Part shown: piece by piece, positions 38,851 to 64,000 of the stretch
Layout: each line of letters opens with the position of its first letter
Position numbering within the stretch: position 1 is the first letter of the stretch
NCBI GenBank assembly: GCA_002269645.1
Contig: NIVC01000716.1
Coordinates: forward strand, 18,374-82,373
Length of the DNA: 64,000 nt
Origin: Macrostomum lignano
Lineage: Eukaryota
Direction: 5' to 3'
Program-made: the position numbers and the translations under genes
Notes under the pieces: model-generated
What the model was told of the DNA's origin: nothing
Seen by the model: only the letters and a program-made list of their open reading frames with translations
Databases searched by the model: none

Positions 38851-39074
38851 CACCTTTTCACGTTCAATTTTGAACAAAGTCCAGTTCTAAAAAAACTAGC
38901 GGAAATTCAATTCAGACAATTCAGACTGGGGACAATTTTGTCTATGGCTAAACCTCGCTTCCGTAGCAGAATGTTTTGAACTGGGGTTTGTTGCCCCAGT
39001 CTGAATTGTCTGAATTGAATTTCCGCTAGTTTTTTTAGAACTGGACTTTGTTCAAAATTGAACGTGAAAAGGTG
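38851..39074. mobile_element. 224-bp Tc1/mariner-type MITE with about 80-bp TIRs and TA TSD
   Basis: TA|CACCTTTTCACGTTCAATTTTGAACAAAGTCC...GGACTTTGTTCAAAATTGAACGTGAAAAGGTG|TA, inserted about 75 nt upstream of the Myb ATG. Confidence 0.92.
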
Positions 39075-40010
39075 TAATACCGAGCAGTCGTAGGGTTAAG
39101 ATCAACCTTACGAAAGACCATAGACATACGAACGTTTCGAGAAACGGTCTTTTGCGCAAAGTTACGAGCTCGCAAAGTTGCGATCGATCCTACGTCGTTT
39201 CAAGTTGCGAGACTTTCGAGCAAGCCATAATCACTTCCTCCCCAACTTACGTCTATGGCCGATCGTAAGTTGCTTTCGAGAAAGACCCCCCCCCAGAGCT
39301 CTGTCTGTTTGTGACTAAAACCAGTATCAATTCCAGTGCCCGCATACTACAATTGGTAGCTTGGATTGAAGTCCATCGCGTAAAATCCTAGCTGCACCTG
39401 CATTCCGCCAGTCCCTTCCTAACCGTCAGCTTTGCTTTGCCGCACTACAAAATTCTGCTATCCGAGCTGGGTGCGGGACAGCGCGGGGGCCTTGCAATTA
39501 GCAAATACGAGCAAGAGGAGGCCAGTAATCAGTGTTTTATCGCTGGGCGCTCAAAGGCTCCGACTGCGACTCCGATGCAGACTCTGCCGCACACAGCGGG
39601 CGGGACGTTGCACTCGCCTTAATTATTCTGCAGAACGCATCCAATTAGGCAGGGCAGCGATAGTGAGCGAGAATTTCTCTCAGTGTTGGACAGGTCGAGA
39701 ACTTCGGGATCCCGCTTTGCTGACAGACAGAGGTGGGGAAGTCGGCCTCTGTTTTGCGGCTGCACTGCGTTTTGTCACATGAGTGCTCAGGCCCGAAGCC
39801 ATGAGGAGCTGACAAAGAGGCGAGAATTTGAAGCTCACCTGCATGCACACAGCTGCAGCCGCTGTTGTGGGACAGCTGTTTTGCGACTCCTTTGAGTTCC
39901 ACGAGGCAAATCGCGTTTGCATTGTTTGGCTGATCAGCTCGCTTGCTGCCGTGCGAACCAGCCAGTGCGGAATGCGGTTGAAATGTCCTGCAACATTTCT
40001 GAGCTGTGTC

Positions 40011-40012
<2 letters not shown>

Positions 40013-40072
<60 letters not shown>

Positions 40073-40100
40073 CTAGTGTCTGTCCTAGTGTCTGTCTGTG

Positions 40101-40156
<56 letters not shown>

Positions 40157-40250
40157 AGTCTGCCTGTCTGTCTGTCCTATTGTCTGTCTGTGTGTCTGTC
40201 TGTCTATCTGTCAGTCTGCCTTATCTGTATGCCTGTCTACATCTGTGTGT
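40013..40250. repeat. (TCTG)n compound microsatellite
   Basis: Direct reading; contains GTCCTAGTGTC variants. Confidence 0.95.
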
Positions 40251-40983
40251 GAGCATCCTTGTGTTCATCTGTCGTAGTGTCCGTCCGTCTGTCCTGATCC
40301 CGCTCTATTTTTGCCTTCTCCGCTCTGGCACACGGCCGTCCCTCAGCGGCAGCTTTATGAGCTCCCCAGAGATGTGAAGCCCCGAAGCGGCGGCCGCCAC
40401 CCCAGCTGCATTTGCGGGTCTCCGGCCGGATGAGGGACAAGCAGCAAAGAGGCGACGGCTCCAGAAATCAGTGAAATATGCAAATCAGCCTCTTCTGTCC
40501 TGCTCAGCTGCCACTTTTTCTTCCATCCTGCTCGGCAGATTAATTCGCCAGACTTGCTGCTGGCGTTTTGAGCCGCTGAGAATTCCGGCAACTGTTCGCC
40601 GGATCACTCCTGCCGCAGTTCTTCACTCTGAGCAATCGTGCTCAAGGCTGCTCTTAGCCAGGCCTGAACTGCTCCACTAAATTGCTGTTGCGGTGTCAGA
40701 CTTTAATTTAGACTGAGTCAAGTTTCTTCCCGCCTGCTGCAGCTCTAAATTCGACGTCCTTGGCCGGCAGGGAAGATTTTCAACCACCAATGTGCCCCCT
40801 TCCAGCTCCCCTTTACAACGGGCTATTCGATAGACCTTCTACATGGTATCCGAACTGGTCTTGGAGGAGCGTCTGCAGATTCTCTCGTCTCCCAGTCAGT
40901 GGGGGTCAAACAGAGCTGATGGAAGGAAGACGGTTCCGACACGTGTGTTCCCAGGTCACCCTTGTGTTTCACATCTCTCTCCA

Positions 40984-41382
<399 letters not shown>

Positions 41383-41877
41383 CGGATTCCGAAGCAAGCA
41401 AACCACTTAGCGGGTGCACAGAGACGGAAGCCTGAATTCATAAATCGCTGGCAGAGGAATGCCCGCAAAAAGCCAATCCCGCAAGCAAACGATGACACAG
41501 AAAGAAGCCCAATGCTGTTTACAATGCATCGTTAAAAGCAACAAAAACCTCTGGAAACTCGTCCAGATGCGGCCTGCCTCGTTAGACGGAGCATCAATCT
41601 CCAGAAGGCGCGCGGGCCTCAAGGCAGAAAAGATTTGAGGGATCACCAGCGCAGAATGCTGAATGGCTGCAGGCAGTGAGCCGGCCATCCGGTCCAGCGT
41701 CTTCTTGCTTCAGGGGAAGCGGCGCAGCCCTTTCCCGCGCCTCTCATTGGAGCGTCAAGCCAGCGAATGCGGAGAAAGAAAAGGAGGCCTGCACTAAGTC
41801 CGTACAGTTCCTAGTCTGAAAAACAAGACAAGTCGCGCAGGAGGGTGCAAGAGGCGGTGGCCGAGACCTGATCAGCC

Positions 41878-62452
<20,575 letters not shown>

Positions 62453-62479
62453 GTTTCTTGACCGATTTTTCATTGCTGA

Positions 62480-62521
62480 GTCTGGTCTGGTCTGGTCTGG
62501 TCTGGTATGGACACTGATCTG

Positions 62522-62552
<31 letters not shown>

Positions 62553-62905
62553 TCTGGTCTGGTCTGGTCTGGTCTGGCCTGGTCTGGTCACTGATCTGGT
62601 CTGGTCTGGCCTGATCTGGTCTGGTCTGGGCTGGTCTGGTCTGGTCTGGTCTGGCCTGGTCTGGTCACTGATCTGGTCTGGTCTGGCCTGATCTGGTCTG
62701 GTCTGGGCTGGTCTGGTCTGGTCTGGTCTGGCCTGGTCTGGTCACTGATCTGGTCTGGTCTGGCCTGATCTGGTCTGGTCTGGGCTGGTCACTGATCTGG
62801 TCTGGCCTGGCCTGATCTGGTCTGGTCTGCAGGGCTGGTCTGGTCTGGCCTTGTCTGGACACTGATCTGGTCTGGTCTGGTCTGTTGTGATCGGGTCTGG
62901 TCTGG
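62480..62905. repeat. (GGTCT)n pentamer array with higher-order blocks
   Basis: Direct reading. Confidence 0.95.
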
Positions 62906-63326
62906 TTGCTGGCTCATTCAGTCCAGCTCACGGTGCGTAGAATTTGTTCCACGAGAGTGAATTTTTAATTTGTTATTTTCCAAAGGAGTGAGGATTTGGC
63001 GATCGCTGCCCACCCTCGCCAAGCTGTCTGGGAGGGGGGGGGGGCAAATGCAAATCCAATTTGCAAAGCCGCCGCGGATAGCATGGAGCCGGCCGGCTAC
63101 ATAGAAGGCGTGAGGGCTTCACGGCAAGTCCTGCAAAAGCCTTTGGAAATTTAAAAGCTCCCCCTCTCAGGTTGGTCCCAATTGAGCTGGTCATGCAGAA
63201 TTCACGGCCCGATAGTGATGATTTATTACATGTGTGAGTGTGAATATGTAATAATTCTATTAGTAACATGTGATATTCGAAGAGAGATTCTGGCAACTCT
63301 TAGGGGCTGATTCAAGGAATTGCTGA

Positions 63327-63878
63327 GGACAGGTTCTGGCGATTGCTGGGGACAGGTTCTGGAAATTGTTGGGGACAGGTTCTGGCGATTGTTGGGGACA
63401 GGTTCTGGCAATTGTTGGGGACAGGTTCTGGCAATTGTTAGGGACAGGTTCTGGCGATTGTTGGGGACAGGTTCTGGCAATTGTTGGGGACAGGTTCTGG
63501 CGATTGTTGGGGACAGGTTCTGGAAATTGTTGGAGACAGTTTCTGGTTCTGGCAGGTTCTGGCAATTGTTGGGGACAGGTTCTGGCGATTGTTGGGGACA
63601 GGTTCTGGCGATTGCTGGGGACAGGTTCTGGCAATTGTTGGGGACAGGTTCTGGCGATTGTGGGACAGGTTCTGGCAATTGTTGGGGACAGGTTCTGGCG
63701 ATTGTTGGGGACAGGTTCTGGCGAATTGTTGGGACAGGTTCTGGCGATTGTTGGGGACAGGTCTGGCGATTGTTGGGGACAGGTTCTGGCGATTGTTGGG
63801 GACAGGTTCTGGCGATTGTTGGGGACAGGTTCTGGCGATTGTTGGGGACAGGTTCTGGCGATTTTCGGCGACAGGTTC
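63327..63878. repeat. 24-bp minisatellite (GGGACAGGTTCTGGCGATTGTTGG)n
   Basis: About 23 copies downstream of the RhoGEF. Confidence 0.95.
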
Positions 63879-64000
63879 GACTTGATTGTCGAACATGTCT
63901 AAAGATGTCGAACAGCTTTGGACAGAGCGTTCTCGAACTGAAGCTGATTCGCTATCAAAAGCGGGTGCATATAATACTGATTTAGCTGATTTAGGCGCAG

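Larger units (their letters stand above)
37732..39290 (-). mobile_element. PIF/Harbinger deletion derivative retaining only the Myb/SANT ORF
   Basis: TIRs GGGGGTCTTTCTC(C)AAA ... TTT(C)GAGAAAGACCCCC; dense subterminal CTTACG/CGTAAG and TTGCGA/TCGCAA repeats; no transposase. TSD unclear because of the C-run. Confidence 0.75.

Overview
Eukaryotic (metazoan) genomic DNA with GC3-rich exons and nearly every large intron filled by its own tandem repeat. This style suggests a macrostomid flatworm such as Macrostomum, but that is inference only. Six host genes were reconstructed by hand with phase-consistent GT-AG junctions: the 5' part of an axonemal outer-arm dynein heavy chain (DNAH5/8-like, minus strand, runs off the left edge), an intronless secreted Ly6/three-finger-like protein, mitochondrial ATP synthase beta directly followed by ATP synthase subunit g, a trachealess/NPAS1-3-like bHLH-PAS factor, and a PLEKHG5-like DH-PH RhoGEF. 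Two intergenic islands (about 9.9-15 kb and 33.6-39.3 kb) hold nested transposon remnants: DIRS/Ngaro-like gag, Tc1/IS630-like element, two Crypton-like recombinase fragments, and a Harbinger with a Myb ORF and a nested MITE. The most unusual signals are: (1) minisatellites whose units copy a functional junction, either a 5' splice site (one amplified about 227 times over 8.2 kb) or a hAT transposon end with its TSD (14 copies); (2) an operon-like ATP synthase beta + g pair; (3) strong local enrichment of GTCTATGG/CCATAGAC, TACATGTA and TAGGCCTA; (4) several independent E2F-consensus arrays. All coordinates and counts were made by eye, so array ends and copy numbers are approximate.
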